Part shown: positions 38,862 through 47,649 of the stretch, in pieces | Numbering within the stretch: position 1 is the first letter of the stretch | Layout of the letters: every line of letters begins with the position of its first letter | Sequence record: SRR31156797_4827 | Length of the DNA stretch: 55,169 nt | Reading direction: 5' to 3' (one strand) | Notes under the pieces: generated by a model | The model's database searches: none | The model's input: the letters and a program-made list of their open reading frames with translations, nothing else | What the model was told of the DNA's origin: nothing | Program-made: the position numbers and the translations under genes

Positions 38862-40196
38862 TTAAAAAAGATTCTCGAAAAAGGTAGACACACCGCGCCA
38901 AGCACGAACAAAGATGTTGGCTTTTTCTACCGTTTGTGTTGTGACCAATCCTGCAGTTTCGTCATGATCAGAAGCATCAATATAACCAAGCGTATCAGCT
39001 GGAATCGAAGCACTTACAGTACCGACTTCTGTGCCCTCAGTCAATGGCGCTTGCAGGGCAGAATCACGATAATGCTCATTAAAGTCAATGGTTGTTTCAA
39101 AGGCTGTTGCATCCATATCTCCACGTACCCATAAGGTCAAACCTTGATTTAAGGCAACGGGAACACTCAATTCTTTCCCATCTTTGACTGACACCGTCTG
39201 TGTATCTTCTAACTGTGCATTTTCTGGTAGAATTTCTACTTGTTCCCAAGCATCGAAGGAGTAGTCCATCAACCGACCTGTTTCGATAAAACGTACGCTT
39301 GGATTTTCCGCATGACCATTGACGTTTAGCACGACGGTGATAATTCGTTGACCATCCTTGACGGCGGTTCCGACAAAGCAGGCGCCTGCCATATCTGTCG
39401 TACCAGTCTTAAGACCGTCAACACCATCTTTAGTATTCGTAAAACCTGGAAGCATCCAGTTCCAATTGACCATCTCGACAGGCGAATAGGAACCTTCGCC
39501 AAATTGTTTGGTGGAAAGACTTGTTACTTCTAAAACGTCTGGAAAGTCTTGCAGCAAATGGCGAGCAATCAGGGCGACATCTTTTGCGGATAGTTCGTTT
39601 TCGTCAGTGGAAGTTGACCCGGGATAGATATTGTCCCCTAAATAAGTATTGTTCAAGCCAGAAGCATTGACGATCTTTGCATCGGTAATGCCCCATGATT
39701 GCACTTTTTCTTGCATTTGATCAACAAAGGCACTTTCAGACCCAGCAATCAGCTCCGCGAGCGCTACGATTGCAGCATTTGCAGATTGGATATAACTGGC
39801 ATCATACAAATCTTTTACTGTATAGGTAACGTCTTGATGCAAAGGGACATTCGATAAGTTTGGCGACACGCTGAGATTCGCGGCATAATCTGAAATAGGG
39901 ACAGGATCATCCCAAGCGATGGTTCCTTGCTCTACTTGCTCAGCTACAAGGTAGAGACTGATGATCTTGGTGATGGAGGCGATGCCCATGGCGGTCTCAC
40001 CATCTTGATCATACAACACTTTGCCTGTGTCAAAATCAATGGAGTAAGCGGCTTTTGCATCGACTGAAAAATCTTGGATCTCTTCGGCGCTCATAGCTGT
40101 ATCATCAGCATACGAAACGACGGGTAAGCCGGCAGCAGCAAAGAGGATTGCCAAAGCAGCAACGATGGAATACCCGAACTTGGTTATTTTCTGCAT
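38862..40196 (-). CDS. D-alanyl-D-alanine carboxypeptidase (peptidase S11)
   Basis: SxxK (ASITK), SxN (SAN), KTG; signal peptide; amphipathic C-terminal helix. Confidence 0.93.
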   Translation of the reverse strand: MQKITKFGYSIVAALAILFAAAGLPVVSYADDTAMSAEEIQDFSVDAKAAYSIDFDTGKVLYDQDGETAMGIASITKIISLYLVAEQVEQGTIAWDDPVPISDYAANLSVSPNLSNVPLHQDVTYTVKDLYDASYIQSANAAIVALAELIAGSESAFVDQMQEKVQSWGITDAKIVNASGLNNTYLGDNIYPGSTSTDENELSAKDVALIARHLLQDFPDVLEVTSLSTKQFGEGSYSPVEMVNWNWMLPGFTNTKDGVDGLKTGTTDMAGACFVGTAVKDGQRIITVVLNVNGHAENPSVRFIETGRLMDYSFDAWEQVEILPENAQLEDTQTVSVKDGKELSVPVALNQGLTLWVRGDMDATAFETTIDFNEHYRDSALQAPLTEGTEVGTVSASIPADTLGYIDASDHDETAGLVTTQTVEKANIFVRAWRGVSTFFENLF

Positions 40197-40367
40197 ATAT
40201 GTAGTAGCTCCTTTAAAGTTGTATCTAAGCAAAAATTTTAACAAAGAGTATCCACTGTTGCAATACTCTAAGAGAAAACTTAGCATTTAATTGCGTAAGA
40301 CCGATCCCTCAGTAGACAAACTGAGACGTTACGTGACTAAGGTTGTTTACTGTAAATAATAGCTAAC

Positions 40368-40407
40368 AAAAAAACTTACCTTCCTATAAAATAGAAGGCA
40401 AGTTTTT
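40368..40407 (-). terminator. Terminator downstream of the 54-aa ORF
   Basis: aaaaacttaccttc-ctataaaatag-aaggcaagttttt; T-run on the minus strand; could be bidirectional. Confidence 0.7.
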
Positions 40408-40437
40408 GTGAATTGACATAGGGTCAAACTGATTCAC

Positions 40438-40602
40438 TTAGCGACGATTGGAATGGATTCTCGGGTTTTGGTTTTGGACTCTGACGGGAACTTTCACCGC
40501 CTTCGTTTCTTGTTGCATAGCCAATTTTGCTAAAAAGAATGTCCCAGCTAACAATGCAGCTAAAGCAAAGATGGAAAAGAGTGAAATAAAGGTCGTTAAC
40601 AT
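40438..40602 (-). CDS. Small membrane protein, 54 aa (not in ORF track)
   Basis: MLTTFISLFSIFALAALLAGTFFLAKLAMQQETKAVKVPVRVQNQNPRIHSNRR; SD AGAAAGAAGGGA; candidate promoter upstream and terminator downstream. Confidence 0.75.
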   Translation of the reverse strand: MLTTFISLFSIFALAALLAGTFFLAKLAMQQETKAVKVPVRVQNQNPRIHSNRR

Positions 40603-40631
40603 AAAAATCCCTTCTTTCTATTTAAAATAAA

Positions 40632-40710
40632 TGTGGAAGGTAGGAATCGAACCTACACCTTAATCTATGAACGATCAAACATCACTCAACGGAACACCTT
40701 GTTCAACCAC
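40632..40710 (-). ncRNA. tRNA-like RNA (pseudo-tRNA or tRNA-mimic leader)
   Basis: Perfect T-arm GTAGG-TTCGATT-CCTAC; acceptor-like stem GTGGTTG/CTTCCAC (5 of 7 pairs); two further hairpins; 79 nt. Confidence 0.6.
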
Positions 40711-40721
40711 TTGTTAAGTTA

Positions 40722-40730
40722 ATGATAGCA
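40722..40730 (-). promoter_or_regulatory. Extended -10 promoter for the tRNA-like RNA and small ORF
   Basis: TGcTATCAT on the minus strand, 11 nt before the first acceptor-stem base; no convincing -35. Confidence 0.5.
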
Positions 40731-40816
40731 TGGATTGCCAAGAAATGCTGATAAAAAGTCTGAGAATTGACCGAAGAAAATGTGAAGAAAACATGAACTT
40801 GTCTTTCTCAGCGATT

Positions 40817-41161
40817 TTAGATGATTTTTGTCAAAGAATAGTGGCAATCTTCAGCTTCATCATATAAAGTAATGACGGAGCCTTTTTGTTCAAGAACTAA
40901 ATGATAGCCAAATGTGTCCAGTAAAACTAACCGCATCGGAGTCAATTCAACGATGGAAGCAGTCAAAGGCTTGCCTTCGATGGTCAACGAATAATCATTG
41001 GCTATTTCTATCGTGACATCTTCTTTTGTCTTGGAAGTAAAACGCCAATTACCAATGAAATTCTGGCGATTCTCATTTTTTTGTTTTTCTTTTCGCAACA
41101 GCAAGGAGCTGACCACGCCCGTTGCAAGAGATAAACCAATCAAAATAGACCTTTTCTTCAT
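40817..41161 (-). CDS. DUF4828-like protein
   Basis: Hydrophobic N-terminus, FIGNW, LDTFGYHL, YDEAED. Confidence 0.65.
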   Translation of the reverse strand: MKKRSILIGLSLATGVVSSLLLRKEKQKNENRQNFIGNWRFTSKTKEDVTIEIANDYSLTIEGKPLTASIVELTPMRLVLLDTFGYHLVLEQKGSVITLYDEAEDCHYSLTKII

Positions 41162-41343
41162 TTATACACGTCCTATCATTTACGATTCATCAAGTTGTGC
41201 CTTGTGGACAGGTGTCCACTTTTTCGCACTAGAAAATAATTGCCATAAGTATACCATGAGAAGGTAAAAAAGCATGGTACTTTAGTTTGAAGTTTAGAAG
41301 TTTTTATCAAAATATGCTATGATTCAAAAGAGCAGGTGAGAAA

Positions 41344-42069
41344 ATGAATTATCCGAATACCCTTTTAGCCACGTTTCTCGTGCGAGACAACCGGTTCATT
41401 GCCCGATGTCTCGTTGACGGTCAAGAAGTAATCGTCCATGTAAAAAATACCGGACGAGGAAAAGAGCTCTTGCACAAAGGTGCGCTTGTTACCCTGCAAT
41501 ATTGGGACAATCCGAAACGCAAAACCAATTACGACTTGATCTCAGTCAAGAAACAAGACCAATGGATCAACATCGATAGTCAAGTACCGAATCGTTTAGG
41601 CTATGAAGGCCTCTTGGATGGCACGATCCAGTTGCCAAATATCAAAGGGAGAATCGCGCTTTTGCGAAGGGAAGTTGTCTATAGGACATCAAAATTCGAC
41701 CTTTATTTTGAAACAGATGAACAAGAAAAAGGCTTTTTAGAAATCAAGGGAATGACCCTTGAAAACAAGCAAGTCGGTGCTTTTCCAGATGCACCAACCA
41801 TTCGTGGCTTGAAACACGTCAATGAATTGATCCATGCCAAAGAAGCTGGCTATTATGCGGCGGTTTTGTTTATGATCCAATTTGAAGCGGTGCAAATCGC
41901 CACGATCCATCGACAGATGCAACCGGATCTGGCCACTAAAATCGCTGAAGCGCAAAGCAAGGGTGTCGAAGTGTTTGCCTATAATTGCCAAGTAAACCAA
42001 GGGATGATCACGGTCAAAGAACCAATCCCTTTTGATTTGAATGTCGTCTTTGACGACCCTAATCTATAG
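41344..42069 (+). CDS. sfsA: DNA/RNA nuclease SfsA
   Basis: R.NRF, HVKNTGR, EIKGMTL, FPDAPT.RG.KH..EL. Confidence 0.93.
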   Translation: MNYPNTLLATFLVRDNRFIARCLVDGQEVIVHVKNTGRGKELLHKGALVTLQYWDNPKRKTNYDLISVKKQDQWINIDSQVPNRLGYEGLLDGTIQLPNIKGRIALLRREVVYRTSKFDLYFETDEQEKGFLEIKGMTLENKQVGAFPDAPTIRGLKHVNELIHAKEAGYYAAVLFMIQFEAVQIATIHRQMQPDLATKIAEAQSKGVEVFAYNCQVNQGMITVKEPIPFDLNVVFDDPNL

Positions 42070-42087
42070 AAGAAAGAAGGAAAAAAC

Positions 42088-43089
42088 ATGATTCATTTAG
42101 GGATTATCGGCACAAATTGGATCACCGATCAATTTGTACAAGCAGCCCACGAAACCAAACGCTATCAATTGGTTGCCGTATACTCAAGAAAGTTAGCAAC
42201 GGCACAACGTTTTGGAGAAAAATATGGGGACATCGAGTATGCGACCGATCTGGACACTTTTTTTGGCTTAGCTCATATGGACACGGTCTACATCGCGTCT
42301 CCGAATAGTTTGCACTTTGAACAAGCCAAGCAAGGTATTTTAGCAGGAAAAAATGTCATTGTGGAGAAGCCAGCCTTTTCAACGCCTGAGGAAATGGCGG
42401 AGATCATCGAATTGGCAAATCAGCAACAGGTATTATTCTTTGAAGCAGCTCGCAACATCCATGAAGCAAGTTTTTCTACTGTAGCCGAATTCTTACCGAC
42501 ACGCGGTGCCATTCTTGGGGCGAACTTTTCTTATATGAAATATTCGTCTCGTTATGACGCTGTACTAGCTGGGGAGGAACCAAATATTTTTTCTCCACAT
42601 TTTTCTGGCGGTGCCTTAGCGGATTTGGGCGTCTATCCGATTTATGCGGCGGTCGCTTGGTTTGGCAAACCGCAAGATGTTCATTATTTTGCCCGTAAAT
42701 TACCGACTGGTGTAGATGGTATCGGGACTGCAGTGTTGCGCTATGCTGACTTTGATGTCACAATCCAAACAGGAAAAATCGCTGATTCAGAGTTGCGTTC
42801 AGAAATCTATTTTGAAGACGGTACATTAGACCTAAATGCCGTCAATGCCATCGAAGAAGCCGCATTTTATGAGCGAAAAACAAAACAAACCCAGGCATTA
42901 GCAGTAAGTGCTTTAGAAAACCCGATGATCGAAGAAGCACAAGACTTTGCAGACATCATCGAAAACAAAAATGATCCCCAACAAGGACAACGGTATGAGG
43001 AATGGGTGGAACTTGCTCGCAGTGTCAATGAAACCATCGCTCTTATGCGTAAACAAGCAGGCATCATTTTTGATGCAGATAAAAAATAA
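42088..43089 (+). CDS. Gfo/Idh/MocA family oxidoreductase
   Basis: GIIGTNWI, YIASPNSLH, VEKP, GGALADLGVY. Confidence 0.92.
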   Translation: MIHLGIIGTNWITDQFVQAAHETKRYQLVAVYSRKLATAQRFGEKYGDIEYATDLDTFFGLAHMDTVYIASPNSLHFEQAKQGILAGKNVIVEKPAFSTPEEMAEIIELANQQQVLFFEAARNIHEASFSTVAEFLPTRGAILGANFSYMKYSSRYDAVLAGEEPNIFSPHFSGGALADLGVYPIYAAVAWFGKPQDVHYFARKLPTGVDGIGTAVLRYADFDVTIQTGKIADSELRSEIYFEDGTLDLNAVNAIEEAAFYERKTKQTQALAVSALENPMIEEAQDFADIIENKNDPQQGQRYEEWVELARSVNETIALMRKQAGIIFDADKK

Positions 43090-43103
43090 GGAATGGAACA
43101 TTT

Positions 43104-44378
43104 ATGACAGTATTTGAATTGACACAATTGCCAGACATCTGGCAAGAAAAATGGCAGGCGGCAGGGTATCACGCACCGTCCTTGATCCAAGAGAAAACCT
43201 TTGGCCCTTTAAAAGATGGTGAGTCTGTCATTGGAGTCTCACCGACCGGTTCTGGTAAAACTTTGGCGTACCTCTTGCCACTGTTAACAAAAGTCGAGGC
43301 AAAGCAAGGTAATCAGTTGCTGATTTTGACTTCTTCACAAGAATTAGCGATGCAAGTCACAGAAGTGGCCCGGGAATGGGCCCAAGCCATTGGTTTGACC
43401 GTTCTGCCGCTAATTGGTGGCGCAAGTACAAAACGCCAAGTGGAAAAACTGAAAGACAAGCCCGAGGTCTTGATTGGCACCCCAGGCCGAGTGTTAGAAT
43501 TGATCAAAGCAAAAAAAATCAAGACCCAGCAGTTGCAATCGTTGGTATTAGATGAGGTTGACCAATTATTGAAAGAAGGGGCCTTCACACTGGCTGCCAA
43601 GATCAATCAAACATTGCCAAAACAAATCCAGCGTAGTTTCTTTTCAGCAACCGCTAACGAAGTGATTGATGAGATTCGACCATTGGTGACAAAAGAGCCG
43701 CTGATCATTGATGTTACCCAAGAAGATCAGAGCAAAGGCGTGATCCATCACTACTATTTGAATTATCCGCAACGACGAATCGTGGATGCTTTAAGGCGCT
43801 TTGCTCATTTACCAAACTTTCAAGCCTTGGTTTTCTTCAATGAATTAAGCGCAATGGGAAATGCAGAAGAAAAACTGCTGTTTCACGGCTTGCCGGTGGC
43901 ATCATTAGCATCTGACCAAAACAAACTTGCCCGAAAAGGCGCACTGGAGAGCTTCCGTCAAGGAAAACTAGTAGAATTATTGACGACCGATGTCGCCTCT
44001 CGCGGCTTAGATGTGGTGGATTTGCCTTATGTCATCAATACGGAAGTCCCGTTAGAAAAAGAATCCTATCTGCACCGGGCAGGACGTGTTGGACGAATGG
44101 GCAAAGAAGGAACCGTCGTCACGATCGTTCAAGACCATTCGTTGAAGGATTTGAAAAAAATCGCGAATCAATTGTTCATAGAACTCAAGGAAGTCTATCT
44201 GCATGGGGGACAATTACACACAGAAGCACCTGTTATCGAAAAGGAAAGCAAGAAAGAAACGAAAATAGTAAGTGTGCAGAAAATTTCCAAGAAAACATCT
44301 GAAAAATTACACACTCCTGTTAAAAAGACCAAGAAAAAGACGAAAAAGCAAAAAGACAAAGGAAAAAGACGCCATTGA
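43104..44378 (+). CDS. DEAD/DEAH-box RNA helicase
   Basis: SPTGSGKT, TPGR, DEVD, SAT, SRGLD, HRAGRVGR; basic tail. Confidence 0.93.
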   Translation: MTVFELTQLPDIWQEKWQAAGYHAPSLIQEKTFGPLKDGESVIGVSPTGSGKTLAYLLPLLTKVEAKQGNQLLILTSSQELAMQVTEVAREWAQAIGLTVLPLIGGASTKRQVEKLKDKPEVLIGTPGRVLELIKAKKIKTQQLQSLVLDEVDQLLKEGAFTLAAKINQTLPKQIQRSFFSATANEVIDEIRPLVTKEPLIIDVTQEDQSKGVIHHYYLNYPQRRIVDALRRFAHLPNFQALVFFNELSAMGNAEEKLLFHGLPVASLASDQNKLARKGALESFRQGKLVELLTTDVASRGLDVVDLPYVINTEVPLEKESYLHRAGRVGRMGKEGTVVTIVQDHSLKDLKKIANQLFIELKEVYLHGGQLHTEAPVIEKESKKETKIVSVQKISKKTSEKLHTPVKKTKKKTKKQKDKGKRRH

Positions 44379-44444
44379 GCGTCTTTTTGTGTTACCATTA
44401 ACGTTGTTTATTATTAGTGTGTAAAAAAATGAGGAGGCTATCGA

Positions 44445-47159
44445 ATGAATTCGCGAAAAGAAGAGATTTTTCAAACGATCGAACTGCATAAGCAAGGGTT
44501 GACCGCAGTTGACGTCGCTAAAATCTTACAAATCGATCGCAGCAATGCAAGCCGTTATCTCAGTGAGCTTTATAAAGAAAAGAAAATCGGCAAACGTTCC
44601 GGCCGTCCGGTCGTTTATGAGCCATTAGAAGAAACGGTGCATGTGGATGTTTCCTCTGAAGTGAGTTTTGAAAGTCTTGTTGGGGTTCAAGCTTCTTTAA
44701 AAGTAAGTATCCAGCAAGCCAAAGCAGCAATTTTATATCCGCCTAGAGGACTCCATACCATTATTTTTGGAGAGACAGGTACCGGTAAATCCTTATTTGC
44801 CGAATGTATGTATCACTTTGCGGTTGAATCAAATATGTTAGAAAAAGATGCTCCTTTCGTATCGTTTAATTGTGCGGATTATGCACAAAATCCGCAGTTG
44901 TTGTTTGGTCACATCTTTGGCATCAAAAAAGGGGCCTACACAGGTGCTGCAGAAGATAGTCCAGGACTTATGGCAAAAGCCGATGGCGGTATATTGTTCT
45001 TGGATGAGATCCATCGACTGCCGCCAGAAGGCCAAGAAATGCTCTTTACCTTCATTGACAAAGGGATCTACCGCCCATTAGGGGAAAGCAACCAAGTTCA
45101 TGAAGCCGCCGTGCAGATCATTGGTGCCACCACTGAATCATCAGAAACCTTTTTGACGACCTTCAATCGGCGAATTCCCATGGCTATTACTTTGCCAAAT
45201 GTGGAAAGTCGTTCGCTAGATGAACGGTATGAAATCATTTCCTTGTTTATCAAGCAAGAGGCGACCCGTCTAAATCAGCGGATCGATGTCGAGCGAGATG
45301 CGATATTGGCCTTTATGCTCTATGATGCAGAAGGCAACATCGGTCAAATCAAGCGAGACCTGAAACTCGTCTGTGCGAAGGCATTCTTACATTATCGGAC
45401 CTATGGGAAAAAACACCTCCTGATTCGAAAAGGCGATTGCTCACTGCAAGTTCAAAAAGGGCTGTTGAAGATCAAAGAAATGTCAGAACGCTTGGATCGG
45501 TTTTTAGATGGCAAAGGCGACTTTCTGAGTTTCGAACCCGGCGACCCAGATGTTGTCTGGTCTCGTGATCCGCAACGGAATATGCAGGTGTACAATGAGA
45601 TCGAAGAAAAAGTCAGCACACTGATTGAAACCGGTGTAGCCAATGTTGATTTAGAAAACTTGATCTCTAAGGATGTGGATGCCTACTTTGAAAAATATGT
45701 CGAAGAATTGATCCAAAACCCTGTTCATAAAGAGTTGATTCCAGAAGACATTTGGAAACTGACCAATGTTCTTTATGACTTGGCAGGTCAGAGGTTAGAT
45801 CGAACTTATAGTGAAAAAGCCCGTTTTGCCTTTGCGTTGCATTTGCAAAGTACGCTGGAACGTGTTAAAGAGGGACATATGATCGTTCATCCCGATTTGA
45901 ACACGATTAGAAAAAACTTAAAATCCGAATTTCAAGTGGCAATGGATTTATCGACGATCATTGAAGAGGAACGTCATGTCGAGATCCCATTTGATGAAAT
46001 AGGCTTTATCAGTATGTTTTTAGCGATTCAAGTCAAACAGCCTTCGCCATTGCCCCTTGAAAAAATCGAGATCATTGTCTTGATGCATGGCAAGGCAACT
46101 GCCAGCAGTATGCTGGAGACAGCCCAAGAGCTGCTGGAGACCGACTATGGCAAGGCAATGAATATGTCTTTGGATATGGAAGTCGGGCAAATGTATGACC
46201 AGCTGTTGAATTATATCAATGAAAACAAAGAGAAGATGAGCAATGGCTTATTGCTTTTAACCGATATGGGCTCCCTCAATTCATTTGCGAATTTGATTTC
46301 CGAAGAGACGGGGATTCGTACGAAAGCTATTTCGATGGTCAGCACGATGATTGTTTTAGAAGCTTTGCGGATGGCAGAGAGTGGGCGCAGTTTAGAAGAT
46401 ATCTACCAAAACATTCAGCGTTCTTTTGAAACCATCGTACAAGAACAGTTCCGTACGGTTCGTGAAGCAAAAGGAAATAAAAAGGCAGTCATCGTTACTT
46501 GCTTTACTGGGGAAGGTGTCGCTGCCAAACTTTATCAACGAATTTATCCCGTCGTCGATCAATCAAAAGTCGAGATCATCCAAATGCAATTTATTGAAAA
46601 AGAAACCTTCAAAAAACATATTGACGGCTTGCTAGAAGAATATGAGATCAAAGCTATTGCCGGCACCGTCGAGATCGATTATCAAAACATTCCGTTTTTC
46701 TCCGCCTATGATGTTTTTGATGACAATCGCTTGAATGTGCTAAAACGAATCGCTTCAGATGAAGTGCCGATCGAAAAGATCGTGCGTTCATTGGAAAATA
46801 CGATAACTCATGTTGGGTCCGTCTATCATCTGATCGAAAGCCTGCAACGAATCGTTCATCAGATTCAAAATCAATTGCATGTGATTGTAGAACCAACCGT
46901 CGATGCAGGATTAGTCATTCATTTAGCCTTTTTGGTAGAAAGTTTATTGAAGAAGGAGCCTTCCCGTACTTTCGTCAACTTAGCTACTTTCCAAAAACGG
47001 TACCGAATTGAAATGGATGTTTTACGAACCCATTTATTACAAATTGAAAAAAATTATCAAATCAAATTTTCTGAAGATGAGATCGCCTATTTAACCCAAA
47101 TGTTTTTAGAAAACAAAATCAAAAATTATGATGAATCCGCACACAATTTTAGTGTGTAA
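44445..47159 (+). CDS. LevR-type sigma54-dependent activator (HTH-AAA-PRD-EIIA-EIIB-PRD)
   Basis: GETGTGKS, GAYTGA loop, FLDEIH, PRD FALHL, EIIA MHG..TASSM, EIIB TCFTGEG. Confidence 0.93.
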   Translation: MNSRKEEIFQTIELHKQGLTAVDVAKILQIDRSNASRYLSELYKEKKIGKRSGRPVVYEPLEETVHVDVSSEVSFESLVGVQASLKVSIQQAKAAILYPPRGLHTIIFGETGTGKSLFAECMYHFAVESNMLEKDAPFVSFNCADYAQNPQLLFGHIFGIKKGAYTGAAEDSPGLMAKADGGILFLDEIHRLPPEGQEMLFTFIDKGIYRPLGESNQVHEAAVQIIGATTESSETFLTTFNRRIPMAITLPNVESRSLDERYEIISLFIKQEATRLNQRIDVERDAILAFMLYDAEGNIGQIKRDLKLVCAKAFLHYRTYGKKHLLIRKGDCSLQVQKGLLKIKEMSERLDRFLDGKGDFLSFEPGDPDVVWSRDPQRNMQVYNEIEEKVSTLIETGVANVDLENLISKDVDAYFEKYVEELIQNPVHKELIPEDIWKLTNVLYDLAGQRLDRTYSEKARFAFALHLQSTLERVKEGHMIVHPDLNTIRKNLKSEFQVAMDLSTIIEEERHVEIPFDEIGFISMFLAIQVKQPSPLPLEKIEIIVLMHGKATASSMLETAQELLETDYGKAMNMSLDMEVGQMYDQLLNYINENKEKMSNGLLLLTDMGSLNSFANLISEETGIRTKAISMVSTMIVLEALRMAESGRSLEDIYQNIQRSFETIVQEQFRTVREAKGNKKAVIVTCFTGEGVAAKLYQRIYPVVDQSKVEIIQMQFIEKETFKKHIDGLLEEYEIKAIAGTVEIDYQNIPFFSAYDVFDDNRLNVLKRIASDEVPIEKIVRSLENTITHVGSVYHLIESLQRIVHQIQNQLHVIVEPTVDAGLVIHLAFLVESLLKKEPSRTFVNLATFQKRYRIEMDVLRTHLLQIEKNYQIKFSEDEIAYLTQMFLENKIKNYDESAHNFSV

Positions 47160-47192
47160 TGAAAAAACTGCGAGTGTGTAAACGAGAAATTG

Positions 47193-47232
47193 GTTCAGAC
47201 CATTGATAAATAAAGGTCTGAACTTATTTTTT
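47193..47232 (+). terminator. Terminator after the activator gene
   Basis: gttcagacc ... ggtctgaac followed by a T-rich run. Confidence 0.65.
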
Positions 47233-47234
47233 TT

Positions 47235-47250
47235 TGGCACGCTTTTTGCT
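47235..47250 (+). promoter_or_regulatory. Sigma54 (-24/-12) promoter of the PTS operon
   Basis: TGGCACGCTTTTTGCT matches TGGCAC-N5-TTGC; directly downstream of a sigma54 activator gene. Confidence 0.93.
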
Positions 47251-47293
47251 TTATAGTAAAGTGTAACTTACAACAGAAAGGAGCAGATGCGCG

Positions 47294-47611
47294 ATGGCGA
47301 AAAAAACGATTATGCTGGTTTGTTCAGCAGGAATGAGTACCAGTCTATTGGTGACAAAAATGCAAAAAGCAGCCGAAGCTAAAGGAATGGAAGCAGATAT
47401 CTTTGCTGTTTCAGCTTCAGAAGCCGACCAACATTTGGAGTCAAAACCAGTCGATGTTCTATTGTTAGGACCACAAGTACGTTTCATGAAATCACAATTT
47501 GAACAAAAATTAGCACCAAAAGGCATTCCTTTGGACGTGATCAACATGGCAGACTATGGCATGATGAACGGCGAAAAAGTATTGCAACAAGCAGAAACAT
47601 TAATGAACTAA
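47294..47611 (+). CDS. PTS lactose/cellobiose family IIB
   Basis: LVCSAGMSTSLLV, LLGPQVRF, YGMMNG. Confidence 0.95.
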   Translation: MAKKTIMLVCSAGMSTSLLVTKMQKAAEAKGMEADIFAVSASEADQHLESKPVDVLLLGPQVRFMKSQFEQKLAPKGIPLDVINMADYGMMNGEKVLQQAETLMN

Positions 47612-47649
47612 GATTTTTTAGGATCGAAGTGTAAGGAGGATTTTTAAAG

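Noticed and set aside
40448-40630. 60-aa plus-strand ORF from the track
   Set aside because: TTG start without an RBS; the opposite-strand 54-aa ORF has an SD, promoter, terminator and TM helix
40632-40710. Calling the tRNA-like element a functional tRNA-Lys(UUU) or tRNA-Gln(UUG)
   Set aside because: Two U-U mismatches in the acceptor stem, no U8, G at position 33 in the only foldable 7-nt loop, atypical D and variable regions
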